Shown: positions 1 to 9,780 of the stretch, in pieces
Position numbering within the stretch: position 1 is the first letter of the stretch
How the letters are laid out: each line of letters begins with the position of its first letter
IMG/VR virus record: IMGVR_UViG_2864926767_000001
Strand: one strand, 5' to 3'
Length of the DNA stretch: 48,126 bases
From: a virus
Translations under genes and position numbers: made by a program
Notes under the pieces: generated by a model
Seen by the model: only the letters and a program-made list of their open reading frames with translations
Told to the model about the DNA's origin: nothing
The model's database searches: none

Positions 1-1038
1 CTAAAGTTTCTGCTTTCGCTTCTGCTGCCCGAAGAATCGGCGCAGGTACGAGCTGATCTTCGCTTTTGCTTCTTCCTCAGGAAGACCCATCCAAGCCTCC
101 AGGCGGTATGGAAGATCGGGGTCTCGGCAGTCTTTGTGGAGCCTGCCCAGGTAGGCGCTGCCCTTCTCAGATATCGTATAGCCTAGGAGAGAGTGCTCTA
201 CGATTGGATTTTCCCGCCTGATCTCGACGAGCCCAACCTCAAACAGCTGCGTCATCATTCTCCTGCGGCTCAATACAGACCCTAGACCGTGAAGCATCCA
301 GAATTCGCTGGGTGCATGCCGGCCGGTGCCCGGCCATTGCTGCAGCCTCTGATCTACGTCCTCAGTCTCGACCCACTCCTGCTCCTGGAGCCAATACAGC
401 GCCTGCAGCATGTACTTGGACATGTTGTGCTGAGGGTGCCGGCCGCAGACCGACTGGTATAGCTTACCCAGCACAGCTGAGGAGTTGATATCGAAGTTAT
501 AGTCAAAGAAGCGCTTGATCTTCCCTGGGGAGATCTGGCGCTCATATCCTGTCGAGCCGGATTGGAACATGTTCGCGAATCGATCACGTATCAGCTCTGG
601 AGGGTAGAAGAGCAGGCCCTCGACGATGAAGAGCTTCTCCTCAATATCTGCCCCACCCAAGGTGGTTACGAGTTTCCAAACCGCCCAGGCATTGATGATG
701 TTCTGGTCAGGCGCCAGAATGACCTTTTCTGCCCTGGCGAGCAGTTCACTGACGGCATTCCTATCACACGGCGGCAGACTGGTGGTCTTACCTTCAACGC
801 AACGGTGAAGCCGCATGTACGCCTCTGGGCCATCTTGGTCGAGAGTCGGCCTGACTGCGTACTCCGGCTCCAGGAGGATGGGAAAGCTTGCATACTTGAG
901 GTTGCGTGGATAGCTGGGGGACAGCGAGAAACGTGCAAGCCCGGCCAGGTACAGTACTTCTTCGCCAGCAAGGACGTCGACGAGCGCGGAGGCAATTTGT
1001 GTAGAGCAATACCATTTGTCACTGACGATCAGGATCAT
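1..1038 (-). CDS. Topoisomerase IA-derived protein (degenerate Toprim plus domain IV-like region, no catalytic Tyr motif)
   Basis: Start MILIVSDK is Toprim beta1-like; ILAPDQN is a degenerate DxD; also KRFFDYNF and GLGSVLSRRRMMTQLFEVGLVE (topo IA GLGTxATR-like). Paralog of 24577-25563 and 25586-26593. Start set to ATG 1038. Confidence 0.6.
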   Translation of the reverse strand: MILIVSDKWYCSTQIASALVDVLAGEEVLYLAGLARFSLSPSYPRNLKYASFPILLEPEYAVRPTLDQDGPEAYMRLHRCVEGKTTSLPPCDRNAVSELLARAEKVILAPDQNIINAWAVWKLVTTLGGADIEEKLFIVEGLLFYPPELIRDRFANMFQSGSTGYERQISPGKIKRFFDYNFDINSSAVLGKLYQSVCGRHPQHNMSKYMLQALYWLQEQEWVETEDVDQRLQQWPGTGRHAPSEFWMLHGLGSVLSRRRMMTQLFEVGLVEIRRENPIVEHSLLGYTISEKGSAYLGRLHKDCRDPDLPYRLEAWMGLPEEEAKAKISSYLRRFFGQQKRKQKL

Positions 1039-1152
1039 GTCCAGGCTCCAATGCAAGGAGTGGTGGGTATTTGCATGGTTAAACCATGGACTGGGGCGCA
1101 AGGTATCCGCCCCACTCCCCCGCGTCAATATCCGGGGAAATGAGGCGTTCGG

Positions 1153-2493
1153 TCACTTACCCTTGAGGATCTTCGCCGTCACGGTGCCGTCGGCGAAAAC
1201 GAGCTCTGCCTTGCCGGCTTCTCGTAGCTGCGCAGCGGAGGTCATCACAACCCCTTCAGCACTCTTCACCATGGCAAAGCCACGGTGGAGCAGCACCAGG
1301 GGATTGGTCTTCTCGAAAAGCTGCCCGGCGAACTGCAGCTTGGCGCGCTCCTTTTCCAGCAACATGCAGAGCTTCAGCTGGAAGGTGGAGACCGACTGCT
1401 CGATACTGGCCCTGTCTTTGGCGCAGGCCTGCAGCACCAGTCGATGGAGGCTGTTGCCGGCGACGAGCAGGCGCTGGCGCTCACGGTTGAGGATCTGCGT
1501 GGCAGCAGCCTGGAAGGTGCTGTCTGCCTTCATCAGCGTAGTCTTGTGCGTGGCCACCATCTGTTCGATCCGGTTCTGCACCCTCTCGATCTTCTGGCGG
1601 GCCTTTAGGGCCTCATCTTGCAGCGCCGCCCGGATACCCCCGATCACCTTCGACGGAGTGTCGAAGGACTTCTTCGCGATGAAATCCAGGACGCACTTGT
1701 CGATCTCATGGCCAATGCCGACGTAGACTGGCGCCGGGAAGCGACAGACCCAGGCGGCAAGGTTCCGGTCATTGAGCCAGGCCAGATCGGTCTTGGCGCC
1801 GCCGCCCCGGATAATGCAGACAACATCGTAGGGGACAATCTGGTGTTTCTCGTGCACCTCGCGAAGAGCCTTCTGGATGCTTTCCCCGGCCGTCGGGCCC
1901 TGGAAGGTGGCGGAGAAGTAGGTAAACCGGCAGACACCGTGTTCGTCCAGAATCTTGGCTTCGCGCTGGAAGTCTGCCAGGCCGGCGGACTCGTGCGGTG
2001 CAATCACCGCCACGCGCCAGAAGCTGATCGGGTCGGCGTGCTTCTTCTGCAGGTCACTCCAGCCCTTCTCTTTCAAGGCTTGGAGGATCTCATTCATCTT
2101 GGCCTGCATCTCGCCGACGGTGAAAGTCGGGTCGATGTCAGAGATCGTAAGGGAGAATCCGTACTGGGCGCTGAAGTCAGCCTTCGCACTGATCAGCAGC
2201 TTCATCCCTTCGCCTGGCCGGCCGCCCACTGCGCGCTGCCACTTCTGGAGCACAGCCGGCGCTACGGTCTTGAAGAGGCTGCCCCTGCACTTCGCGACTT
2301 CACGGCCGTCCTGCATCTCGACCAGGTCGAAGTAGACGTGGCCATTGGGCTGGTACTTCACGTTCGCGACTTCGGCAGTGATCCAGCACGGGCTGGGCAT
2401 TGCCGCCTTCATGAAGGCTTCTACCTCACCAAGGTAGGCACTCAGTGACCTCGGCTGGTTGACCCCCGCCACGCGCTGCGCTGGCCTGCTCAT
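1153..2493 (-). CDS. xseA: Exodeoxyribonuclease VII large subunit
   Basis: N-terminal OB-fold (WITAEVAN..NGHVYFDL), IIRGGGAKTDL, GIGHEID, FDTPS, coiled coil, C-terminal P..LLHRGFA..FADGTV. Confidence 0.93.
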   Translation of the reverse strand: MSRPAQRVAGVNQPRSLSAYLGEVEAFMKAAMPSPCWITAEVANVKYQPNGHVYFDLVEMQDGREVAKCRGSLFKTVAPAVLQKWQRAVGGRPGEGMKLLISAKADFSAQYGFSLTISDIDPTFTVGEMQAKMNEILQALKEKGWSDLQKKHADPISFWRVAVIAPHESAGLADFQREAKILDEHGVCRFTYFSATFQGPTAGESIQKALREVHEKHQIVPYDVVCIIRGGGAKTDLAWLNDRNLAAWVCRFPAPVYVGIGHEIDKCVLDFIAKKSFDTPSKVIGGIRAALQDEALKARQKIERVQNRIEQMVATHKTTLMKADSTFQAAATQILNRERQRLLVAGNSLHRLVLQACAKDRASIEQSVSTFQLKLCMLLEKERAKLQFAGQLFEKTNPLVLLHRGFAMVKSAEGVVMTSAAQLREAGKAELVFADGTVTAKILKGK

Positions 2494-2687
2494 CAGGCCT
2501 CCGGCTTGGCGAAGATCTTCTTGACCGATTCCTCGATCTTGTCGAGACGGGAGCTGCAGAAGGTGGTTGCCTGGGCAAAGGCCTCGGCGGTTTCGACCAT
2601 CTCGTCCATGGTGACTTCGTTGCGCTCCAGTCGTTGCAGCGTCGAGTCGATGACACCCATGTTGTCGGTGTAGCTTTCGCGGGTCAT
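2493..2687 (-). CDS. xseB: Exodeoxyribonuclease VII small subunit
   Basis: 64-aa helical protein (SY..LQRLE..VTMDEMV..C.SRL) whose stop overlaps the xseA start. Confidence 0.85.
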   Translation of the reverse strand: MTRESYTDNMGVIDSTLQRLERNEVTMDEMVETAEAFAQATTFCSSRLDKIEESVKKIFAKPEA

Positions 2688-2762
2688 GTTCGGGGATTCC
2701 CTAGTGCGTTAAGCTCTTGATAATGGCTCTTTTACTAGGAAATTCCAAGGCCGGAGCCCCTC

Positions 2763-3152
2763 TCAGCCGAGGGAAACGTCCGATTTAGGGGCCATACGCT
2801 TCGCCTGGCGCTCCAGTATGAAACTGATGGGCCTGCCCTTGCACTCGATGTTGCAGATGAGCTTCTTGCCCAGCTTGAGTGCGGCCAGGTAGCGATGGTG
2901 GCCATCCTCAAGTTCCAGGACACCCTCGGCGTTGATCGAGACGTCCACCGGTTCGGAAAGATCGACACTACGCACCCAGGCCATGCCACCGTCATCGAAT
3001 GTCGCCTGGGCGAACTCCAGATCCCCTGGGTACTTGATCTTAATCTGGGTAGCCTTGAGCTCCACCAGATCCCCTGAAGCGTACCCCCAGGCCAGCCTGT
3101 CCAGGTCTGCGATGTCCATCGCCTGCAGTTGCTCTTCGGTGTACTGGGTCAT
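2763..3152 (-). CDS. ParB/Srx-like N-terminal domain protein
   Basis: EPVDV..LELEDGHHRYLAA motif (DGxHR). Confidence 0.7.
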   Translation of the reverse strand: MTQYTEEQLQAMDIADLDRLAWGYASGDLVELKATQIKIKYPGDLEFAQATFDDGGMAWVRSVDLSEPVDVSINAEGVLELEDGHHRYLAALKLGKKLICNIECKGRPISFILERQAKRMAPKSDVSLG

Positions 3153-3243
3153 GATCGCCTCCGGGTTACCATCTCAGTGTGCCATGTGCGACAGGTCTAG
3201 CGCACACCTGATAGACTTACAGTTCAACCAAGGGCCTGTTCCG

Positions 3244-4029
3244 ATGTTTACCCGCACTCCAGGCGTTCAAGTCGTTCAGCGTTTCCCGGCCAACCTGGTC
3301 GGGCGCGACTTCTTCGTCACTGACGTCCATGGCTGCTTCTCGCTCCTGGAAAAGCTACTCGCCTCTGCCAACTTCGACCCAGCTGTCGACCGTCTCTTCT
3401 CGGGCGGAGACTTGGTAGATCGCGGCCCCGAGTCCATTCGTGTCCTGGAATGGCTGGCCAAGCCGTTCCTGCACTCGGTACGCGGAAACCACGAGCAGCT
3501 GGTGCTCGAAGCGGCCGAAGACGGCCCAGACAGAACCGGCGTCCACTACAAGCACGGCGGTAAGTGGTTCCACCAGCTCCTGGAGAACGACGAGTACGCG
3601 ACCATCTTCGAGATCGTGGAAGCGCTCAGCAAGCTGCCAATGGCCATCGAAGTCGCCGGCCAGAACGGCCAGCTGATCGGCATCGTGCACGCCGAGTGCA
3701 TGCTCTTCGACTGGAAGCGCTTCACCAACGAGCTTGAGAACGCGGCCAGCGCTGAGTACCTGAACCAGGTTGCCCAGGCGGCTATGTGGTCGCGGCGTAA
3801 AATCGAGCTCAAGGAAGACGACGTGATCACCAGCGTCGACCGCATCTATGTTGGTCATACCCACGTGGACAAGCCTGTGGTTCTGGGCAACACCCATTTC
3901 TGCGACACAGGCGCCTACGACGGCAAGTACCTGACCCTCACTGACCTTAACAGTGGTGAGGAATGGCAGGTGAAGAGCGACTTCAAGTTCGTGCGAGAAG
4001 AGCCTTCGTTCGATCCCTGGAGCCGCTAA
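3244..4029 (+). CDS. Calcineurin-like metallophosphoesterase (PphA/lambda NinI-type)
   Basis: GRDFFVTDVHG, GDLVDRG, RGNHE, VGHT, DTGA motifs; start moved to ATG 3244. Confidence 0.9.
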   Translation: MFTRTPGVQVVQRFPANLVGRDFFVTDVHGCFSLLEKLLASANFDPAVDRLFSGGDLVDRGPESIRVLEWLAKPFLHSVRGNHEQLVLEAAEDGPDRTGVHYKHGGKWFHQLLENDEYATIFEIVEALSKLPMAIEVAGQNGQLIGIVHAECMLFDWKRFTNELENAASAEYLNQVAQAAMWSRRKIELKEDDVITSVDRIYVGHTHVDKPVVLGNTHFCDTGAYDGKYLTLTDLNSGEEWQVKSDFKFVREEPSFDPWSR

Positions 4030-4063
4030 GGCCCCTTCTCGCTTCGTTCCCTGAGGTAAACCA

Positions 4064-4303
4064 GTGCCAGGCGTTCCTCGCTTGCTCGTCATCATGGGCG
4101 TCAACTACTGCGCCCTGCAGCTGACGATTTCGATCATCGGCCGCTGGGTCGAGCCAGCGGTGCCGATGCTCATGGGCGTTCGTCCGGCGCAGGAGCCAGT
4201 CCTGGATGGGATGTTGGTTGCCGTGCTCGTCGGCGCCGTGGCATTTGTGCTGTTCGCTGCCACGTTCAGCTGGCTGTGCTTGAGCTTCCGAAGCCGACGC
4301 TAG
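4064..4303 (+). CDS. Small membrane protein
   Basis: Two hydrophobic segments; GAGG upstream of the GTG start. Confidence 0.5.
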   Translation: MPGVPRLLVIMGVNYCALQLTISIIGRWVEPAVPMLMGVRPAQEPVLDGMLVAVLVGAVAFVLFAATFSWLCLSFRSRR

Positions 4304-4309
4304 AGCGCG

Positions 4310-4338
4310 TTGACCTAGCTCCGAGGTGCCGATACTAT
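4310..4338 (+). promoter_or_regulatory. Sigma70-type promoter
   Basis: TTGACC (4310-4315), 17-nt spacer, TACTAT (4333-4338). Confidence 0.6.
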
Positions 4339-4344
4339 TCCTAT

Positions 4345-4417
4345 CGCGTCTATGCATCCGGGAGACGGCTACTAACCGACTTCCAACAAAAAACCGTCCC
4401 TAGTGGACGGTTTTTTT
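4345..4417 (+). ncRNA. Candidate ~70-nt small RNA
   Basis: Lies between a consensus promoter and an intrinsic terminator; internal CGTCT/AGACG stem; only a 7-codon ORF inside. Confidence 0.4.
4388..4417. terminator. Bidirectional intrinsic terminator
   Basis: AAAAAACCGTCC-CTAGT-GGACGGTTTTTTT. Confidence 0.85.
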
Positions 4418-4439
4418 GTTTCTGGCCTGGGCAGCGAGA

Positions 4440-4730
4440 TCAGTCGGCCGAAGCCTCCAAAGGCAGCTTGGGCTCAACCAATGCTCCCTCCCCCTTGGTG
4501 TAGGCAATCACAGCATCACCAATGACCTGTGGGCTGGCGCCGCTGCGAGCCATCGAAGAAAGCATCGCCAGGACTCGACTTGATTCCCGGTGCACGCCGA
4601 CGCGCTCAGCAGCTTCTGCAACCTGGAGATCGTAGACGCCATTGGCGAAGGAAACGATCTGGCCTTCAGTTAGCTTGCACCCTTTGGGAAATATCTCGTC
4701 CGCCAGGTTGAGTACTTTCTTGGTATCCAT
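4440..4730 (-). CDS. Hypothetical protein
   Basis: ORF with GGAGG SD before ATG 4730. Confidence 0.6.
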   Translation of the reverse strand: MDTKKVLNLADEIFPKGCKLTEGQIVSFANGVYDLQVAEAAERVGVHRESSRVLAMLSSMARSGASPQVIGDAVIAYTKGEGALVEPKLPLEASAD

Positions 4731-4778
4731 CCATTCCTCCAGAAACGACAAGGGCCCCGTAGGGCCCCTGAAGTTACA

Positions 4779-5711
4779 TCAGCCGCGAAGCGTGTGCCAC
4801 ATTCGCTCGCCGGCACTCATCGCGACCACCAGCACCGCGCCCATGGCAAAGCCAAGAACGATGGTGACAGCAGGGCTTGCCAGGTACTCCAGCATGGTAC
4901 CAACAGAGGGCACAGCGGCGGCCCAGTGGTCGAGCTCGTGCATGGCCTCACCCAGCTTAGGCAGCGCGTGAACCACGATGCCGCCACCGACCAGGAACAT
5001 GGCCACCGTACCGAAGATGCTCAGGAACTTGAGCACCTTGGGGGCCAGGCTCACCAGGAAACGGCCAACGGCCTTGGTACGCTCGCCGTCTTTCTTCATC
5101 AGGGCCAGGCCCCAGTCATCGAGGCGGACGATGGCGGCAACGATGCCGTAGACGCCAATGGTCACAAGCAAGGCGACCAGCACCAGTACCGCAAACTGCT
5201 TGATCAGCGAAGCGCCAGCGACAGTACCCAGGGTAATCACCACGATTTCCAGGGAGAGCACCAGATCGGTACGCACCGCGCCCTTGATCTTGCGCTTCTC
5301 GTACTCTGCAGCACCCAGCTTGGCTGCTGCCTTCGCTTCTTCGGTGGCATCAGCATCGTCTTCGGCATGGCCGGTGCTGAGGAAGTGGTGAAGAACCTTC
5401 TCGGAGCCTTCAAAGCACAGGTAGAGGCCGCCGAGCACCAACAGGGGCAGAATCGCCCAGGGTGCGAATGCGCTCACCAGAAGAGCGCCAGGCACCAGGA
5501 ATGCCTTGTTGATCAGCGAACCCTTGGCAACCGCGTACACCACCGGCAGTTCCCGGTCGGCGCGCATGCCGTGGAGTTGGTTCGCAGAAACGGCGAAGTC
5601 GTCGCCCAGGACACCACCCGCTTTCTTTGCGGAGGTTTTGGCCAGAACCGCAATATCGTCCAGAAGAGTAGTGATGTCGTCGATCAGTGCAAGCAGGCTA
5701 AAGCCGGCCAT
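4779..5711 (-). CDS. yedI: DUF808/YedI-family inner membrane protein
   Basis: MAGFSLLALIDDI..GVLGDD..RELPVV..KGSL.NK; IKGAVRTDLVLSLEI; GTVAMFLVGGGI. Confidence 0.88.
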   Translation of the reverse strand: MAGFSLLALIDDITTLLDDIAVLAKTSAKKAGGVLGDDFAVSANQLHGMRADRELPVVYAVAKGSLINKAFLVPGALLVSAFAPWAILPLLVLGGLYLCFEGSEKVLHHFLSTGHAEDDADATEEAKAAAKLGAAEYEKRKIKGAVRTDLVLSLEIVVITLGTVAGASLIKQFAVLVLVALLVTIGVYGIVAAIVRLDDWGLALMKKDGERTKAVGRFLVSLAPKVLKFLSIFGTVAMFLVGGGIVVHALPKLGEAMHELDHWAAAVPSVGTMLEYLASPAVTIVLGFAMGAVLVVAMSAGERMWHTLRG

Positions 5712-5878
5712 TAAAAGCTCCGCAGAGTAATCCGGCACATGCCGGGCCAACAATTATCCACAAAAGGACAACAACCTCAAGCGAAATCATCATGCCTGCA
5801 TTTTATTGCTAAATGACGATTCTCTAGCTCCCCTGGTTTTGGTCTAATCCTTCAATACGTCTACGTAGGGCCCAAAGC

Positions 5879-8005
5879 ATGCCAGCTCCCACCGTATCGC
5901 CAGCCACTCGCAACCCAAAGGCCATGAGCCTTAGACAACTGCTCGAAGAAGATGATGAACTGCCAACGAACAATAGGCGGCAAAATAAGGGATTGATGGA
6001 AAATGAGCAAGTAGCTATCTCTCCGCTGGGGATTGAGGTTCAGCGGGCGCTACAAGAGCTTGGCGTGGGTAGTAACCAGGCAGTCATATTCACACGCAAC
6101 CTGCTTGAGGGCATGAGGTTTAACGAGGACGATGAAAACCTAGATCATGCCCCCTCTGTTGAAGCTAGGGAAAAACTCAAAGAAATGTCCGAGAAGCAGC
6201 TAAATTTTTGCTTCAAAGGCACCCCTTTTGAGTCGGCTGACTATGATTTACTTGCCGATATGCCTATTGCCGATATCGGCCCCCTTGCCGTTGACTTGGT
6301 AAGGCTCCTAACAGACTGTGAATTCGCTCATAAAGCAGCAAATATTGCTCTTTCTATGAGGAAAACATTCTTAACTGTTAGGGAGGTTGTTGAGAATATA
6401 GCCCCCATCCATGCCTTTTATGAAGAGTATGCTCTACGAGAAAAGACGAATCACTCTTGGAAGTGGACAGATTCTTCGATGGAGCTCTACAAAGAGCTAA
6501 AACAAATTGTACTTTTGCTGCCAAAAAGCCTGAAGGAGTTGTACAGGGGCGAGTCTGAACTCCATGCTGATATCGATGAGCTTCTGGCTGAGGTAACGTC
6601 AAGAGGGCTTAGCCTAGGCCATATTCACGACTACGTTTCGTTGCGGCTCAGTCTAGAGAACACCTGTTTCTACCCTTCTGACAATCAAGGGCAATGGTGC
6701 GTTAAGCTTCTTAAAGCTTTCGTTGCCGCCAGAGATAGGGTTAGACCTGATGGATGGGCTAATCATCGAAAGGAATACATGCACTTCTTTAGTGAGGCAG
6801 CTCTCGGACTAGCCTTATTTCCGCTTCTGAGGTCAAACAAATTGACCTCTCTCCTAATCTATTGGCGGGATGATGTGATGGCCGAATCTATTCAGGCCAT
6901 TTTCACCTGCCATTACCTCGAAACCTCCTTTTCGAGGATCGAGATTAGGGAGCTATTTGAGTCAAAGTATGATCGCTTCAGTTGTTCTGAGCGAAATGAG
7001 ATCCTGGAGAGCTTCCACTCCTCCAGAGGGATATCTGCTGTAAGTAAAGCTCTAGTGCCTTTCAAGACTTTCGACCTTGGAAATTCAGCAAAGAACAGCG
7101 AGTGGTTGGATGATGATGGCGAAAGCACTACTGTCAGCACATACAGAAAGTTGATATCCCCCGAATCACTAAATAAGCTTGACCATCTAGATGAGCTGTT
7201 CCCTGAGTTTTCGTCCGTCACCAGGAAGGTCAGGGATCGCACCGTTTTCTCGGTGAAATTTGGCTTGCACTTCAAGATGCAGCCACTCGTTATCGTGGGG
7301 CCTCCTGGGCTTGGAAAGACGCTCTACCTCAAGGAGCTCAGCAAGGCTCTGGATCTTCCCAAGCTGGCAATCCATGCCGGGCAAATCACCTGCGGGTCTC
7401 TTTTGTTAGGTTCGCAGCCTACCTGGTCGAACACTCAGCCTGGGTTGTTGGTCAAGGAACTCGTCAAGACGAAAATCGCTAACGGCATCGTGGCCTTCGA
7501 CGAGCTCTCTCAACTCCCCCATGAGGTCTACCGGAACGGTCTCAGCCCACTCATGGCGCTGCTTTCTCTACTGGAAGCTGATGAGGCTCGGGACTATATC
7601 GACGCATCCACTCGTACCAACTTCGACCTCAGCTGGTTCTCGTGGATTTTCACAGCCAACGACGTCTTGAACCTGTCACCCCTGCTGCTTTCCCGGCTCG
7701 ATGTGGTTCATGTCGATGCACTGAAGCACTACTCGGCCCCCTCCACGATTCGCAACATCCTTGAGCTGACCTTGGATCGGATGGAGCTTAAAGGTCGAAT
7801 TGAGGTTGAACTCGATGATCTTTGCTGCCAGGTAGGACTGGAGTTCCTGAACAAGAAGGGCCAAAAACGCCGAATTGGCAAAGCCCTGGAGGACGCCATC
7901 TCGGCAGCGGCGCTAAACACCGAGCCCGGCGCGCCGGTCAGGATTACCAACTCACTCTTTTACGAGATGCTCCACCCTCGACGCAAAGACCTGACCTTCG
8001 GTTGA
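5879..8005 (+). CDS. Protein with C-terminal Lon-like AAA+ ATPase module (no protease domain) and uncharacterised N-terminal region
   Basis: Walker A GPPGLGKT, Walker B IVAFDE, L.GSQPTWSNTQPG, FTAN sensor-1, LLSRL Arg finger. Confidence 0.8.
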   Translation: MPAPTVSPATRNPKAMSLRQLLEEDDELPTNNRRQNKGLMENEQVAISPLGIEVQRALQELGVGSNQAVIFTRNLLEGMRFNEDDENLDHAPSVEAREKLKEMSEKQLNFCFKGTPFESADYDLLADMPIADIGPLAVDLVRLLTDCEFAHKAANIALSMRKTFLTVREVVENIAPIHAFYEEYALREKTNHSWKWTDSSMELYKELKQIVLLLPKSLKELYRGESELHADIDELLAEVTSRGLSLGHIHDYVSLRLSLENTCFYPSDNQGQWCVKLLKAFVAARDRVRPDGWANHRKEYMHFFSEAALGLALFPLLRSNKLTSLLIYWRDDVMAESIQAIFTCHYLETSFSRIEIRELFESKYDRFSCSERNEILESFHSSRGISAVSKALVPFKTFDLGNSAKNSEWLDDDGESTTVSTYRKLISPESLNKLDHLDELFPEFSSVTRKVRDRTVFSVKFGLHFKMQPLVIVGPPGLGKTLYLKELSKALDLPKLAIHAGQITCGSLLLGSQPTWSNTQPGLLVKELVKTKIANGIVAFDELSQLPHEVYRNGLSPLMALLSLLEADEARDYIDASTRTNFDLSWFSWIFTANDVLNLSPLLLSRLDVVHVDALKHYSAPSTIRNILELTLDRMELKGRIEVELDDLCCQVGLEFLNKKGQKRRIGKALEDAISAAALNTEPGAPVRITNSLFYEMLHPRRKDLTFG

Positions 8006-8021
8006 GGTTCCTCGGCGGGGC

Positions 8022-8807
8022 ATGGCATTCTTCGAGGATAGCCCCCTTGGTAGGACGCCAATGCCCCGTATCCAATGCCCAGAATGCCAATCCTCAGGTG
8101 AGGAAGGCGTATCACCGAGTTGCTCCTGCGATGTCGCTCCTAATCGCGGCACAGTAACCAGCATTTGGCCCTACCTGATTGGTCTCATGCTGATCGTGCT
8201 CCTTACTGCGCTAGTGGTTCAGCTCAACAAAGGCCCAGCGTCTCCCATTCAGGTTGACGAAGAGGCTGCTGAGGACTCGCCTACTCCCACCCCCTCGCGT
8301 CCATCCTTGTATCTTTCCGACTCGGCAGGATCTACCGAACAGGCAGAGGCTGATTCTGAGCCACTTCAAGAAGCGGGGATCAGCGATCAGGATGAAGAAG
8401 GCGCCCCTGGCTGGCAGTACGACTCGGATGCCAACGGTGCCGAGCTTGCGACCCTCCTCTCGAACAACTCCATCCAGGTCGGCGGTGACAGCGGGCCAAT
8501 GCAGCAGGCAGTCTTGCAGCTACGTGAGCACCCAGGCCATGGAAAGGACGCGATCTTCTACGTCCCCGGCGCCAGCGCATCCTGCAGCACCAGGTGCTCT
8601 CTCCACGTGCGCTTCTCGGCCGGCAAGGTGAAGGACTTCACCGCCTATGCCGGCGAGGAAGACGGCCAGTCCCTGCTGATCATCCGCGACTATGGCGTGT
8701 TCCTACCGATGCTCAAGCGCAGCGCCGTCGTACAGATCGACGCTGAACTTCAAGGACACAAGCCGGAGACCATGTCCTTCAGTGTGGAGGGCCTGAGCTG
8801 GCGCTAG
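8022..8807 (+). CDS. Membrane-anchored protein with N-terminal Cys-rich motif
   Basis: CPEC..CSC, one TM helix (IWPYLIGLMLIVLLTALVV), acidic linker, beta-rich C-terminal domain. Confidence 0.6.
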   Translation: MAFFEDSPLGRTPMPRIQCPECQSSGEEGVSPSCSCDVAPNRGTVTSIWPYLIGLMLIVLLTALVVQLNKGPASPIQVDEEAAEDSPTPTPSRPSLYLSDSAGSTEQAEADSEPLQEAGISDQDEEGAPGWQYDSDANGAELATLLSNNSIQVGGDSGPMQQAVLQLREHPGHGKDAIFYVPGASASCSTRCSLHVRFSAGKVKDFTAYAGEEDGQSLLIIRDYGVFLPMLKRSAVVQIDAELQGHKPETMSFSVEGLSWR

Positions 8808-8820
8808 GGCCCCTAAGACT

Positions 8821-9780
8821 TCACTGAAGAGCGGCGACGATGGACAGGTACTTCGCTTTGAGTTCGTCCTTGTTCGCACCGTAGTGCGCCTCTCTGTGCT
8901 CGTTCGGGCATAGGGCAATCATGTTGCTCGGGTGGTCGTGCCCACCTTCACTCACTGCGACGATATGGTGGGTCTCCAGGTAGCGGTGACCGTTAGCCTT
9001 GAGGAAGCCAGGTTCACTGCAGCTTTCGCAGTTACCTTTCGAGCGGATCAGCACCTGGCGTCGGCACTCAGGGTCACGCTCGTAGACCATCGCGGTCTTC
9101 TCAACCCGTTGTGCAGGGGCGTCCTCGAGGTCGACGATGAACTGGTCATCGATCTCAATGCCGTAGCTTTGCTCGGTGATAGCCGGAAGCGCTTCCTCAA
9201 CCAGATGGGAGGACGGCTTTGGGCCGCGCGCGAGCGTCCAGGTCAAGGTAGCCTGATCGAAGTCCTTGATGTGCCAGAGCACTGAATCCAGTTCACGAGC
9301 CTTCACACTGTCGGCTTCATTGCCATCAGTTTGGTCGCCGGCAATGATCGCTACGTGGAAGGTTCCTGCGCCGTTGAAGCACTTGAAAAGAATCGAGTTC
9401 AGCTCCATAGCCTTCTCGGCCCAGTCTCTACCTCTGGCCTGAAGACTCTTTGCCTGCTCCCGGTATTTGCCCCGCAGATCACGATAGTTCTCACCCATTG
9501 CACGGTAACGGGTAGCTTTTTCGGTGAAGCTTTCCCGATACACGATCTCGTCGCCACTGCATGCCATGTTTCGATGCCACAGGTTCAGCAACGCGACACC
9601 TGTGCTCTCGTCGTAGTAAGCCCAGCGATCATTGTATGCGGTGTTTGTGGCCGGGTTATCTCTGACCTTCCCTTCCTTGACGCCCCAGTGGGTCACATCC
9701 ATACCGAGGCCCACGAGGAGGTCATAGACACGACTCTTCCCCCTCGGCTGCAAAGACTCGTATTGTTCGTGAATGTCCAT
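8821..9780 (-). CDS. HNH endonuclease with N-terminal accessory domain
   Basis: C-terminal YERD..CESC..YLETHHIVAVSEGG.D...NMIALCPNEHREAH; GGAG SD before ATG 9780. Confidence 0.88.
   Translation of the reverse strand: MDIHEQYESLQPRGKSRVYDLLVGLGMDVTHWGVKEGKVRDNPATNTAYNDRWAYYDESTGVALLNLWHRNMACSGDEIVYRESFTEKATRYRAMGENYRDLRGKYREQAKSLQARGRDWAEKAMELNSILFKCFNGAGTFHVAIIAGDQTDGNEADSVKARELDSVLWHIKDFDQATLTWTLARGPKPSSHLVEEALPAITEQSYGIEIDDQFIVDLEDAPAQRVEKTAMVYERDPECRRQVLIRSKGNCESCSEPGFLKANGHRYLETHHIVAVSEGGHDHPSNMIALCPNEHREAHYGANKDELKAKYLSIVAALQ

Noticed and set aside
3129-3137. TTGCTCTTC partial match to the frameshift motif
   Set aside because: On the non-coding strand of the ParB-like gene and lacks TAAGCGG
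1618-5714. Long antisense ORFs over xseA, the phosphoesterase and yedI (1618-2448, 3355-4104, 4794-5714), and similar ones over sthA
   Set aside because: Opposite-strand shadows of well-supported genes in GC-rich DNA
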